The position numbers and the translations under genes are program-made. Shown piece after piece: positions 13,093-26,512 of a DNA stretch of 64,000 nt; within the stretch, counting starts at the first letter, position 1; every line of letters begins with the position of its first letter. The notes beneath the pieces were generated by a model. That model made no database searches. It was not told the DNA's origin and saw only the letters and a program-made list of their open reading frames with translations. Source of the stretch: Callorhinchus milii (taxonomy: Eukaryota); contig NW_024704742.1 in the NCBI RefSeq assembly GCF_018977255.1, forward strand, positions 83,082,001 to 83,146,000, read 5' to 3'.

Positions 13093-14187
13093 GTAAGCAA
13101 TGTGGATCTGCCTTGGGGGGAGAGGAGGGAGGGGCGAGGGTGTCCAGCACCGTCCTGAGACACGGGGAAAAGGATGTTGATGTTTGACCTTTGGGGGCTC
13201 TTGTTTTACCCTTCAGACTTTTGTAATGTGATAATGAGTACTTAGTACCTGGATAATTATGCCATTAGTGTCCCACGAACATGAAGCAAGCAGTAACTAT
13301 GAATATTTCTCCTGCTCTACAGCGCAATCTGTATACATGCTGAATAAACTAAGGGGGGTGCTTTGACAGAAACAAGCCCTTATATTGAGCCAGCAGTGTC
13401 GTGGGGCCAGCCTGCAAGCTGTACTGCTTTTTCTGCTGGAATATCCTGAACTAGTGTTGAAAGAGATTTCCATCACTGCCAGAAGCCTGGAGTTTGTCAG
13501 TAACTTCTGACCGTGAATCGGAGCCGTGCGACCAGAGAGTTAAAGCTAATGTGTTACAATCTCTCAGCTGTGAACACTTAGTTCACATTCACGTCTGAAA
13601 AGGAATGGCATTGATATTAAGTGATTATTGCTGCCTAATATCACTGTTATCCAATTAAAGTTATCAGGCGAGGGGAGTCTGTTTGCAAATTTGACAGAAT
13701 TTCTTTTTCTCTCGCTTTCAATTGTGATTTTAATAAGAATGGGCAAAACCATGACCAGGTACTTTAATACATCCCCAGGTGCCTGTCTCAGTGGTAATGC
13801 AAGGAGGAAGCAAGGAATCCGTCAATAGACTGACCAAGGAATGTAATTTAATGTACCTTCTGTATATTTGCAAGCTCCATTGGACATGGAAGGAAAACGA
13901 TTGAGCCCACAAGGGAAAATACCCCCAAGAGATTGTAATTGTTTCATTTGAGAAAAACGGCACTGCTAATGCAGCAAAGTGCAGAAACTGGAAATAAGTT
14001 TATCAAATGTTTCTGCAGTAACTTTGTAGCATGCACTAGCCATTCAATTTCTGTGGATTTCATGGGTTGCAGGGAGATTTTTCCAGGAATTGATACATCC
14101 GGATGAAATGTTCTTCTGAGTTGTTTTAAGTGAGAAAGATTGAACATGTGTTTGCACTGCTAACGATAGCCTGGTTGGCCTTTGTAG

Positions 14188-14300
14188 GAAACGGACAGAG
14201 TCTGACTCGAGAAAAAGCAGCATACCAAACAGCAAGGAATTACCTTCACATCATCCCACAGACCCAGTCGAGCTGAGACGTCTCAATTTCCAGACCCCAG
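14188..14300 (+). CDS. PTPRD: PTPRD juxtamembrane exon
   Basis: tttgtag|G AAA CGG...CCA G|gtgaga; [37 protein letters not shown]; 113 nt. Confidence 0.96.
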
Positions 14301-16913
14301 GTGAGATGTTGGACGGTTTTATTGCAAGTACTCCAGGTTTGTCTTTGCCACTTTTATCCCGTTTCTGAGAAAGTACCATCGGCACCATTTCTCTTGTCAA
14401 ACGTTTACAGACTCTGTTTATCCGCACTTACCTGAGGTTTAAGAAGTATCATTGAAGAACAGGACAAGGCAGGAAGGGAAAAAAGACAATACACCTGCTC
14501 GTTGATGCTAGATGTAGTTGCTGGTTGCTTCTGATCTGCTGTGCTGCAGGCTATTGACATTGCCCTGCAGGTATCTGTGGTCCTAGCTTAATCCATACTA
14601 GCAAGAGGCTCTCTTCAGACAATGGACTCGGAAAGTGGAGTTTGTTATCATGTTTTGAAGCAAATTGCAGACTGGTTACCAGTTGGGCCTAATTAATCCT
14701 TTCACCGATGGCTCTTGTTTTTGTTCTATAACCATCGATCTTTGTTTTTAGCTGGGCTGAAGCTTCGTTTTCAATGAAAGTAGTTTGGGGGAAACGAGTC
14801 ACTGTTCTTAACTTAATTGAGAGCACCTTAAAGAGATGAGGAAGAAAAATACAACATCATTCTGACCAGATAACCTCAAAGCTGTAACACTCCTGCCACA
14901 CTGCTTGCCAATAGTTATGGATTCAAGTCCTGGGGGTATCTGAAACACACGGATGATGAGTTTCAGGACCGCAGAGATAGGGCAACGCAGTGGAACGTCC
15001 TGACGTTTCATCCATCTCATCCCACATCAATCAGCCTCGCTGTCAGAGGAGCGGGGAGTGGTATCAGTTGCCACACAGTTGTCTGTGTGCTATGTTGCCA
15101 GTTGTTTCCAAGCGTGAAGGAGAGAACCAGTCAAAATACAAGCAGGAATTGAATCTGGTTTAAAACACCTGCTTGGGAGCGAGTTCCAAAAGAGAAATTT
15201 AGTTTCTTTTTAAATGTCATTTGACTTGCATGCCTCTTCTTGAGTATTCTCGCACCCACTCCTCTCTTGAAGCCACTTGACCTTGTTTTGCTTATAGAAT
15301 CACTGCATGTCACAGCAGGGAAACAGGCCATTTGGCCCATTAGGTCTGCACTGGTGATTTTCTCTGCATGAGCCACCAAATCTCATCCCACTCTGCTGCT
15401 CTCTCACCACATATCTTAAAATTCTGTTTTTTTTCAAGCATCTATTGAATTCTCTTCTAAAAACAATCTGAAGTAAGACTAACTGATTTGTAGTTTCCTG
15501 ATTTATGCCTTTTGAAGAGAGAGTGGTCATGTTAGGTTAGCCAACCTCCAGCCCTTTCGCACAAACTTTCCTTGCCACAGAATTTTGGAAAATTATAGTT
15601 AGGGGTTTCACTAACTTCACTCACATGTTTGACATGAACCACCATGACTCCCCGTGAATAGTCTATCTTAAGTGTGAATCACTTTTTTAGCATCATTTCT
15701 CTTTGAATAATAATCTCCACCAGCTGTTCTACACCCATCCCTTGTAATTCCACATGACTAATATTTATCTTCTCTGTGAAAAATGAGGCTCAGTACTTAT
15801 TTAATATCTGCCATTCTCTCACTCTTCACTACCAGCTTGCTTTCATCATCTCCTTGAGGCAAAACCTTCACTGTGACTGTCCTTTCACTAAATGTTACTT
15901 TTTCATTTTTCCCTGTGCTTAACTTTTCTAATCTCCCTCTTTGCACCTTTTCTATATGCTTTGCACCTCTCTTGACTTTCTTTCATATTATCCTTCCTTC
16001 AAGTGCTAAATGCTTTTTTTTAATCTCCCTATTTAGCCTGGAAATCCACGGGCCATTACCCTTCACAGTAAAATCCTGTGAAGCGCTTTGAGACATTTGA
16101 TGATGGAATAAAGCAATATATCAAATGCAAGAGTTATTGTTATTATCAATCCATGACACCTTAGGCATTGACATCCTCCCTTTTCAACTTACTTGAATAT
16201 TAACATGTTCGCTCCTTCCCCCTCCTGTTTTTAAGTATTCGCTCTTGCTAATCTGCATTTCCATTTGCCAATTTTTTAACAGTGAATCCAGATAGGGTCC
16301 ATTTTTGCCTTGCTGCATTTTGCTTTTTTTTCTCAGTGAAATATCTCTGCCACCAGCTCTTTTCATTATCCATTCTCATCCTGAACCCAATTGTATTGTG
16401 GTCACCATTTCCCTAATGTTACGTCACATTCTCGCTCCACTTCATTACCCAGAACTAACTAATGGGCAACAGTTCTGCAGAGAGAAGTTACCCTCCAATA
16501 CCTCACCTAAAGTGGCCATTATTCATATGAGAAATGACTGAAGGCACAGTTTTAGAGGTGACAGAGGTAGGGAGCAGCAAAACCATGGAGAGCTTTATAG
16601 ATGAGGACATGGATCTTGAACTCAATCCTCTGGGGGATGAGGCCTGGCAAGGATGGGAATGATTGGTAACATCATCTGAAGTACCAATTGGTCCCATTGT
16701 GTCTCTAGTCCCTCGTATTCCAATGGTTGACCACTTTAGATGACTTCCCACCTGTTGAGTTAAATTGTGTGCCTTTTTCATGCTCCGTGAAGAATTGTTT
16801 TCCCCAAGGATGAACAGGGGCTTGTGGAGAAGAGCTTTGGTTATTTGGTTACATTGATAAAGTGGTGGCATATGAGGGCAATTAATTCTCTTCGCAGCCA
16901 CTTTTGACATTGT

Positions 16914-18100
16914 ACAACAACAACAACAACTTGAATTTATATGGTGCACTCCATGCCGGACGGCGTCTCAGAGCACTTTACAGTAATGGATCCCGGGACC
17001 GGGGGAGGGGGAGGGAGAGGAAGGTGACCAAAGGCCCGGTCGAAAAGAAAGGGCTTCACCAGAGACCTCAAAATGGGAAGGAAGGGAGCGAGACGAAGGG
17101 AGTGAGGAAGGCAGTTCCAGAGCCTCAGGGCATAGTGGCTGAAGGCACTGCTGCCGAGGGTGGAGCGGAGGACTTGGGGGAGGAGGAGGAGACCAGACCC
17201 GGAGGAACGCAGGCAACGGGTACTGTTTTGAGGAGAGAGGAGGTCAGAGAGGTAGGGGGGTGCAGAAGAGTGCAGAGACTTGAATACAAGGGTGAGGATC
17301 TTGAAATCGATCCTCTCTGGGATAGGCAGCCAGTGCAGTCTGGCAAGGACTGGGGTGATCGGGGAGCGGATTTTCGTACGGGTGAGAATGCGGGCGGCAG
17401 AGTTCTTAATGAGTTGGATTTTATGGATGGTAATGGATGGGAAACCGGCGAGGAGGGCATTAGAGTAGTCCAACCGAGAGGTGACAAAAGCATGTACCAG
17501 GGTTTCAGCGGCTTTTGGGGAGAGGTATTGGCAGAGACGGGCGATGCATTGGAGGTGGAAGAAAGTGGTGCTGGTGAGGGACTGGATGTGGGGAAGGAAG
17601 GATAATTGGGGGTTGAACCTGACGCCTAAATTGGTTATGGGTTCGGAGAGTTTTACGGGGAGGTCGGGTAGGTGGAGGAGGTGAAAGCCGTGATATTTTA
17701 GACGTTGACGAGAGCCAAAGAGTATGGATTCCGTCTTGTCAACTTTCAGCTGAAGGAAATTTGCACTCATCCAGCCCCTGAGGTCTGACAGGCAGGCTGA
17801 CAGAACATCAGGGGACTGGGGGTCGCAAAGAGAGGTGGAAAAATAGAGTTGGGTGTCGTCTGCACACATGTGGAAGCGTACCCCATGCCTGTGGATGACA
17901 TCCCCAAGAGGGAGCATATAGATCAGAAAGAGGAGGGGGCCAAGGATGGATCCTTGGGGGACCCCGCAGGTAACCGAGTGAGAGTGGGAGGAGAAGCTGT
18001 TTGTGCAGATGTACTGCTGGCGGTTTGTGAGGTAGGATTCGAACCAGGCGAGTGCAGTCCCACTGAGGTGAATGACGGAGGAAAGGCGGTGGAGGAGGAT
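16914..18100 (-). mobile_element. L2 LINE fragment with 3' part of reverse transcriptase
   Basis: Open 326-aa ORF 16937..17917(-): HMCADDTQLY (YADD to CADD)..WMSANFLQL..KTE..NLGV..LVHAFVTSRLDYSNALL..LHWLP; (TTG)n tail. Confidence 0.93.
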
Positions 18101-18129
18101 GTAGGTAAATGCACAGGAGTGGGAAAACC

Positions 18130-18475
18130 AGAGCAGAAAGCCACAGGTTCAATTTAGGTCTATGCAGAGTTAGCTGATCTCAGTAACTGAGCGCTGTAAT
18201 TAACCTCAGAACTCCTGGGCTAGGAAGGGGGTAAACTTAGCCAGGATTCCTGCTGCTGATCATAACACGGAGATGCCCTTTTGGAAGATGTACATGTGTA
18301 GACATATGTGAGAGCAGGATCAGACTTGACTGGCATGTCCCTGCGATTGAATAATCTGCTATTGTTAACTGAGGTTCACACATGAATAATGGCCACTCGT
18401 GTGGTGGCCAACACCTGTAAAACCATACCCCGCAGAGGGAAATAAATAAAGAAGTCACAGTGCCTTCAGAGAAGG
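18130..18475 (+). repeat. old SINE-like repeat, family Y
   Basis: gagttagctgatctcag..ctgggctaggaaggggg..agccaggattcctgct; diverged copies at about 33930, 37460 and 57480. Confidence 0.6.
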
Positions 18476-19121
18476 TGAAAATTTTTCAGATGGGGGGAGC
18501 GGGGTGGGCGATCATGGTCTCTTTTCACTTGGACAAAGATATTTACACCTTCAGTAGATATGTTTAATATTTAAAAATTATATAGCGCAATCTATCCTGG
18601 GAAATCACATGGAAATCTAACCTTTCTTAGCTCACATTGAACAAATTAAATCAAACCCTTTTGTTTTGCCCCTTTCTCTCTCAGGTCAACTTTCCATACA
18701 ATCCGCTAGGAATGGAAACAATGTTGGAGGTTCTGCCTATGTTGCAGTCCACATGTATGTTTTATAATTGCTTGGTATACTTCCAAGCAGGCAGTGAAAC
18801 CAGATTGTGTGTAAACGTTTAGTGTGCGGCTCCCTTTTTATATATAAAAAATACGGCCCTACACAGTAATATATAATAGTGGAAGAAAAAGTTTATTTTG
18901 ATCTTTTGGATAAGGTTTGAGATTCTTTTAATATGTGACTAAAATGATTAGATCTGAAAGATACGTACGTCTTTTGACACTGTGATTTATTTTGCCAGTA
19001 TTCTGTGTACAGTTTTCCATCTCATTTATTCCCCCCCTCCCCGTACTCTTCCCCCTCCCCCTTCACCCTATTCCATTGGAAAAGCAGAACCTTTATTTAT
19101 ACCCCCTCATTTCCTTTGCAG

Positions 19122-19163
19122 GTTCAGGTGTCTCCAGTCACCATGGTAACCTCCATTCTGCAA
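19122..19163 (+). CDS. PTPRD: 42-nt alternative mini-exon (GSGVSSHHGNLHSAS)
   Basis: ttcctttgcag|GT...GCA A|gttagt; phase 1/1, no stop; GNLHS core resembles the insert I recall at this position in mammalian PTPRD isoforms. Confidence 0.8.
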
Positions 19164-19696
19164 GTTAGTTTTTCCCCTGGCTTCAGTTCACTTCACTTTT
19201 CCTCTGAGCCCTGTTCTCTCCTTTCAGGCTTCTGGCTGCTTGTTGTGTAGTTCATATTCTGCAGATCTCATTCTAACTCAGTACAGATTACATGTCGTAC
19301 ATCGCAGGAAGAAAAGTTTGAAATGGCAAAAAGCTGTCATTACTCAAAGCAGCAACCAACCCACAGGGCTAACCTTCTCATCTTCTCAGCTGGGCTAACC
19401 ACAGCGACATATAGCCTAAAACTTTACTTTCTTTCTTTATGTTTTGTTTTCTCTTCACTTTTTAGGAATGTGAGCATGCTCGGTGATGGTTAACAAGCCT
19501 TGAGCGCTCTCCTCTTCTGAGCATGCGCTGCTTTGAGTAATCAAACTGTCTGCCTTGCTTTTTCTTCCACATCAAAACATGGTTACTAGTTACACGTTAA
19601 GCTTCTCTAACAATTGCTTTCCAGACTTGTCTTTTTCCTCTTAGCACTAAGCACCCGCTCTTGTAACGCCTATTTTATTCTTGTCCAATTTGTCAG

Positions 19697-19794
19697 GCAT
19701 GGCTAGCCACCCGCCAATCCCTATTTCAGAGCTTGCTGATCACATCGAGAGGTTGAAAGCCAATGACAACTTAAAGTTTTCACAAGAATATGAG
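19697..19794 (+). CDS. PTPRD: PTPRD exon (wedge region before D1)
   Basis: tgtcag|GC ATG...GAG|gtaaac; [33 protein letters not shown]; 98 nt. Confidence 0.96.
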
Positions 19795-22339
19795 GTAAAC
19801 CTTTTTTTTCTTTGTTCATTGCTGTTGCGTAATTTAAAATTGCCTATAAAGGAACATTCGAGAATGTAGCTGGAATAACAAAGGACGAGGCATATCATGC
19901 ATAAAATATTCATTCTACCATTATTAATCCTTTAGTCTTTATAATCCTTCATATCTTTTACAGCGTTGGTATTCTTTCTCAATTAAGTTAGTGCCAATTC
20001 AGCAGCTTTTATCCTTCAGCAGAACTTACTGTCCACACTTGAACGAACCCCAACATAAAGCTGTCATAAGAGTAACCCTGAGCTAATAAAATTAAATTAA
20101 AACGTTGAATTAAACCTTTCAGTCCTGCTTTTTGAGCATTACACTTTCTCCAAGTATCATCTAACAGACGGCATTCTGTTCTTTTATTTAGGTTGAGGGT
20201 ATAAATGAAATGTTAAGGCCTGAATGGGGAGAATCTCTACCCAAGTCAACATTTACTCTATTTATGGAGAGTTTTAGAGCAAATTCTTGGGCAACTTCTT
20301 ATTTTTGAAGCTATTGTTTTCTGTAAGTTTCTTTCAAGAACCACAGAAAACTGACTTCAAAGTTAAAACTGAATTCAACAATTGGCCAAATTATGCAAAC
20401 TAAAATATTAGATAGAGTAAGAGCCAGAATAATTTCTCCCCATGGCAGTCAATCACCAGGCTGAAAAAGAGCAGCAGAGAAGTGGAGATGTTTCATGATG
20501 TGGTTAAGCTGCACCAAGCCAAGGGTTTCAAAGCTTTCTGATTATACTTGATTATACTTCAAAGCTTGTTGATTGAATTTCACCATTTTCAGGTCCTGGG
20601 GAAGAATGTGTTAAGAGTAAGAGATAGCAGGGTGAGCTTTCATTTCAACACCATGATGATGCAGGGAGGAGGAACAGTGAGTATAGGATGGTGGGTTTGG
20701 ACTTTGAGCGGGAGGTTCGGAGGAGAACTAGTAGGTTCTACGAAATAGAGAAAGGTTGTGACAGAGAGAGAAAGAACAGAAGAATCATTTGTCAGAGATA
20801 TTGAAGAAGTGTTCAAGTCTTGGATGAACTTGGCCTTCATTTACTATATACATGCTTTGTTTGAGTGTGTGTGTGTGTGTGTGTTATTTCAGCTATCTCA
20901 CATTGTTGAGCCCAATAACACGTAACCAAGCAAATAGCCGACTGATGGTATCATCTTCATTGCCTGAAAGTAAAACTTTCTTTAGAATTGATCAAAATGG
21001 ACAGATGATATTACTGTTGTTGTTAATTGTAGATATTTGGATCAGTTTGAATTTTATAAGCAATTCAAGAGTCAGTGAACACCTGCCATTGGCAGAGGTC
21101 GGGCTAGAAACTCTCCCTCCATTAGCTTCCCTTCTGATTCCCATTCCATCTCCTCCTCTTTCTACTCCCCCATTTCCTCTTTGTTAGCAGCAGGCAGCTG
21201 GGAATCGATTTCCTTCGAATCTGCATCTCACTAAAGCACCCTCAATTATACCCCCAAAAGCCTACATGCAGAGAGGCACGTATCAGGGAACTCGTTTTCT
21301 ATCTACCCCATCTCTTCCTTCCCCTCTCCTCTACTTCTATCTCATTCTCCATCTCATATATCTCCTCCTTTATCTCCATCTGCTTCTCCTCCTCTATCAT
21401 CTCCTCCTCCATGTCCTCCTTTTCCTCCATCTATTCTTTCTCCTATGACTTTCCCTCTAATGACGTTCTGGGTGGCACTCAGCAGAACTCTCAATGACCC
21501 ACCTGAGGTTGAGAATATTTGCATATGATCCATACCAATGTGCTGTGTCTGTAGCTAGATTTTTCCTACTGCTAAGTCGAAGCACATTAACCAATGGCTC
21601 AGTGCTTCCCCTAGCCAGTGTAGCTGAGAGGAGAGAAAAAGGTCTCCAGGAATCTGTGCCTGCGCATAATTTTCCATGACTTGAACGATCTTTATTGTGC
21701 AGGTGTTAGAAAGGCTAGCGTAGGCCATCCCTATCTCAATTGCGAGATTGGAACTCAGAAAAAGTCCTGGCTTGATCGTGGCTCGTGGCTCAGCTCAACT
21801 GGCAAAGTTTCCGATCTGGTCCCATCCCTGTCCCACCAAGATTAGAACGTGCTTACATTTTTGTGCAGGATAGGAGCAGCACCCCAGATTAAACAATCAA
21901 CACGTCCAGGATATCTTGCCAGAATTTATATTGTTTATTCCTTTTGCTTTATATGTGCAGGCTTCCAGGTGCGACCTGATAATGTTTCACTAGGTCCTGT
22001 TTACAATAGCTGCTGATCAGATTCTTCAAACCCATCAGGAAAAGTGAAAGCCTTATCTGTATAAGTTCCAAAATGTTACGATTTCACTGTGCCAATCACG
22101 AAATACAATTATCTTTTGTGATTTATAAAACTGCCCTGAATTGGAGTAAACTATGGAATGTTTGATGGCTAACTGCTGGGAACTGTAATCATTTCTTAAG
22201 TGCTTCAATTTTACCAGTCAAAATGTAGCAAGTATATTTGTCAGTGAAAGAAAACAAGTGAAAGCAGATCACTAAACAGTCAGAGGAGATAGAAGAGCAA
22301 AAAGGGAATTTACAACCCTACAGTTGTTACTGTTTCTTA

Positions 22340-22765
22340 GTCAGCTCGTCTTACTTGGTAGCTCTTCTGTCTCGCGGTCAGAAGATTGTGGGTTCAATCC
22401 CCACATTGGAATTTCGGGTCAGAGTCTAAGGTGAGAACACTCTACTGCAGCTGTATTGGGAAAGCGCTCCATTGTTAGCGATACTGTCCTAAGGATAAGA
22501 CACTAACACTAAGTCCCACCTACCTGTACAGGTGGATATTAAAGATTCCCTGCCCTATTCGAAAAGTGTTCCGGACAATAATCCTCTGCCCAAACTCACC
22601 AATATGGTCATTCATATCCCCTTGGTGCAAATGCTTGTGCATTAAATCTTCCTCATTTGCCTGTCTTATTCAAAATTACAGCACTCAAAGTCACCCTTTG
22701 TGTGCAGCAGTGTGAGCTATTTTGACATGATAAAGCGCTATAACAAATGGAACTTGTATTATTAT
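22340..22765 (+). mobile_element. Deu-domain SINE, diverged
   Basis: head ..tcagaagattgtgggttcaatccc, core caggtggatattaaagattccc..ctattcgaaaag, tail aaagcgctataac..tattatt. Confidence 0.65.
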
Positions 22766-25700
22766 CTTATAACCTACCTTATCATGAACTTCACCCCACC
22801 AGGTGAAAGGTTCTGTTCTATATGGGGGGAAATCCAATATGTGGAGTTGATATTATAAAGGGTCCAACAGCTCATTTGTTTCTCAGTTGATTAGTGATGG
22901 TTGAGACAGTGGAGTCCGTTTACAAGTGAACTGTGAACCTTTAATAGACATTGCAGTAACGTCACATGAGAGAGAACGACTCTTTACAGTGCTCCAGCTT
23001 CCAATCCCGAAGACACCACAAAACACCCATCTCTGTCTTCTACATTCCCTCTTGCCACAGGTTAGTCCTTTCGGCTTTTCCAGATTACCTGGTACCAGAG
23101 CTCGCTTTAAGAATAAACCTGGAAACGCCTCCTCATCCCCCCACCCCCATGTGCATTGTCAAAATTCACCCCTGCAGGAACTGCTCTCAATGAAAATAAA
23201 TAGTTCCCAATGAGGGGAGGATATATTACAGGGCGACCATGTGATAAACATCCACTTCAAAGTCAGGTGTCTGTAGGTTTTAAAAGATACTTGTAGGAAG
23301 TTAAGGTTGCATTTATGAATTTGCCAAATTCTGGACACTCTGGAATGCTGCATAAATAGTATAAGTGTAGGTCCTGCTGGAATTTCTTCCTATGTATGTG
23401 GAATAGTACACGATAGTGGTTTCACATTGAGAATTCCTAACTGTAGTTTGCCTGGAGAGTTTACGGACAGTTTGACTGGAATGCATAAGGAAATGCAAAC
23501 TGTAACAAGAGTTTCCTTTTGATGAGGGAGAGGCATTGGTGTCTTCCACTGACTTACTCTGCATAAATCTGTTGGCCGGCAGACTAGGATTGGCATAATA
23601 CAGTTAGTAAATGTAGATAATGGAGGAATCAGCTGTGAGGAAAATTAACAGCAGGTTTAAAGAGACATTTTCCTCAGAGGTTCACAGATGTGTTTCAAGT
23701 ATTCTTACTCCATTTGCATCAGAAATCTTTGTATGTGAACATTCTGCAGGGATTATCTCCATAGACATTGTTCACTAACTTGAGTGGAGCCATACTGTGA
23801 CTTTGATGGTTACTGCTTCCTGTATAATGCTGGAGCCAGCATTACTTGCCTGGAGAGTTTACGGTAGTGCAGCTGCTCAGAATAGTAGGTTTCCATTATA
23901 CTCCCTTGGAGCTGAGGAGCATTTGCCCATGCACAAACTAAGCACAGACACCGAACACCATTAACTGGCACTGAATGGATTTTCATTTTTTTTACCACGT
24001 TATTAAAGAGCGAGATCGAATGTTTAATAATGTTGAAAAGCTTCCAGGGTGGTCCAGTGAGCAACTTTTAAATTGAACTTTTGTTTTCAAGTTTGAACGT
24101 CCTTTGAAAATCATCTGCAGTGCAAACCCGACTTAGGCTGCAGTCCCGTATCGATTCCATTCAAAAACTACCTCCCTCAGGAACATGACGTGGAATTGAA
24201 TCAATCAGTTTTGAACCTAATTTTACTGGATTTTTAGCATTGATTCGACACTAACAGCACAGTATGAAGAGGGCATGGGAAATCAGGCACTGCGGGTTGA
24301 TTTGGAAGTAGATTTGTTTGAATTAAGCCGAGATCATCGGGTGAAAATTCTACTCCGTAAGGAAAGGACAAAGCTGCAGAAATTGAGCATCTGTGTTTTC
24401 GTTCACAGAAACTCTCTGCTCATCATATGACTGAAGCAGCTCTTTGGATCATTGTTAAGGGCCACAGGCAGTTTATTATGTGCTTCATTAGTTCTGAGAA
24501 TGATTTGACTTCACCACTGTAGAATTGAGGTAGGAGGTCCATTTTAATAAAGACCACTGGGTCTCTGTTCAAGATGAAGAGCAACATATATAGTGGATTG
24601 GAGATTTGTAGGATTTAGCCAGTCACCCTTGCCAGCTCCTTATTTCTTCACCACTATTGTTGCCTGGACTGCAGTCAATGATCTTACATTACAGATTGAT
24701 AACATCCTGTGTTTGTGATTTGGTTAAATTATTCCTCTCAGATCTCCTAGCGAATAAAAGTAATTTGTTTAGTGCAGATCACCGCACAGTTGCTGCATTT
24801 CAGGCAGTGGCAACCTAAATAACTGATGGAACCTCGGCAACAACTTGGTGCTTAATAGGTATGAAAGCCCAAATTAACCATGATGATGAAGTGATTGAAT
24901 GGACGATACCAAGTATGGTTTAACAATAACCACATGCGTTTTTATAACAGCTTTCACGCAGGTAGTCTCTCGGAAAGCATAACAGTGGCAGAGCTTGACA
25001 TGGGGAGAGAGGGGATGTGACTGTAGGCACGGCTGAAGAGGGAAAACTGCATTATAGTTTACTGTTATTTGTTTATGACTTTTGGCTGGGATAATAGAGC
25101 AGCAATAATTGCATTGTGTATGTGTGTGTGTCATATCTGTGTGGGGTGTGTTCATTTTAGGAATATTGGGTCTGTATCTATAAAACAGATTACAACGTTC
25201 AGTAGAGAGGTCACCCTATAATGTACTGCCATTGACCCTGACAAATTAATAAGGAGAATTGCTATGTTGGTGATTTATTCAGATGTAGCTGTGTTACATA
25301 ATGAAAGCTTAAGGACCTGCCACAAAATAGGAATGCACATTATGTAGCTTTTGGTAACAAGTAAATCATTTAAGAAGGTGGTATTGACCTTCCATTGACT
25401 CTCCACTGCAACGTGATTTGATTTCAGTGCAGTTATTTATATTGTACCTAGAGAGTCATTCAGGCCTGCTACCAAGAGGAATAAATTCCCTTGTTTCTTA
25501 ATGAGGTCCTATGAGTGATTTTAGAGCAGAATATCACAGTCCTACAGCAGTGAAATGCTGCTAAAGGAGTGCTTCATAACTCTGTGCTCCACATGCTCTC
25601 ATCATGACCCTTTGTTACCGACTAGTGTACAATCTGAGATATGCAGTCACATTAAAAGAAAAGTGCACTAAATTCCTGGGACTGGTTTGGGAAACATCCC

Positions 25701-26109
25701 AATTTCCATCTAAGCTGTCTTACAGAGAATTACATAGAATTTTACAGGCCATTCAGCTCAACTAGTCTATGTTAGTATTTATAACCCACATGAATTTCCT
25801 TTCCTCTTAAACCCCTCTCCCATACCCCCTCCTTCCTTCTCTCTCATGTCTTCTTTTGCTCTCTTAATAATTATAAAAATAATATTATTACTTGTAATAC
25901 TATTATAATAATAATACTATTAAACCCTTACTTGTGTTTGTGTGTATGTGTGTGTGTATGAGTTGATTTTTAATGCCTACGGCCTCCCTCGAGTTGGACT
26001 TGGGGGATAACATTTACTTTTAATTTTAGAAACAAAAATCAAGATACAGAATGTAAAGTTACCCACCTCAGATTCCCGGCTTCCCTTTTGAAAGCTGTCA
26101 TACTTCTTA

Positions 26110-26512
26110 ATACCTATCCCCAGAATAAAATTGGTCACTCATTCATTGGTCGCTGTTTGTGGGACATTCCTGTGGCTGCTACATTCGCCTGCAAAATGAA
26201 CACAGTCACTTACACGTGTATATCCTGTGAAGCTCTTTGTGAAGTCTCGACAATGTGATAACATGGAGTTCTGTAGCTCAGTGGTTAGAGCACTCGCCTT
26301 ACAAGTGAGACACCTGGGTTCAATTCCGGGCAGGGCGAAACCTTGGGCAAGTTTCCTTACTCCACACGCCTAATAATAATCCCTCCAAAAAACAAAAACA
26401 ATAATAAATTGGACATTTTCAATCCATGACTGTTTGTGGGACACTGCTGTGCGCAATTGACTGCCGCGTTTTGCCCACAAATATATCAAATGAAAGGATT
26501 ATTGTTTATTAT
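26110..26512 (+). mobile_element. SINE tail plus younger tRNA-SINE (head at 26264), compound
   Basis: tggagttctgtagctcagtggttagagcactcgcc..gggttcaattcc directly after a ..gtgataa SINE tail segment. Confidence 0.75.

Noticed and set aside
16904..17917. Long overlapping ORFs (326 aa and 233 aa) as a novel reverse-transcriptase system
   Set aside because: 5'-truncated L2 ORF2 with YADD changed to CADD; the opposite-strand ORF is an antisense shadow.
19625..19696. Alternative acceptors at 19625 and 19645 upstream of the 19697 exon
   Set aside because: Both lead to stops, and the region more simply serves as the branch-point zone (cactaag, tgtaac) for the 19697 acceptor.
21266..21448. Leu/His-rich hydrophobic ORF
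   Set aside because: Translation of a CT-rich low-complexity tract; no splice or homology support.
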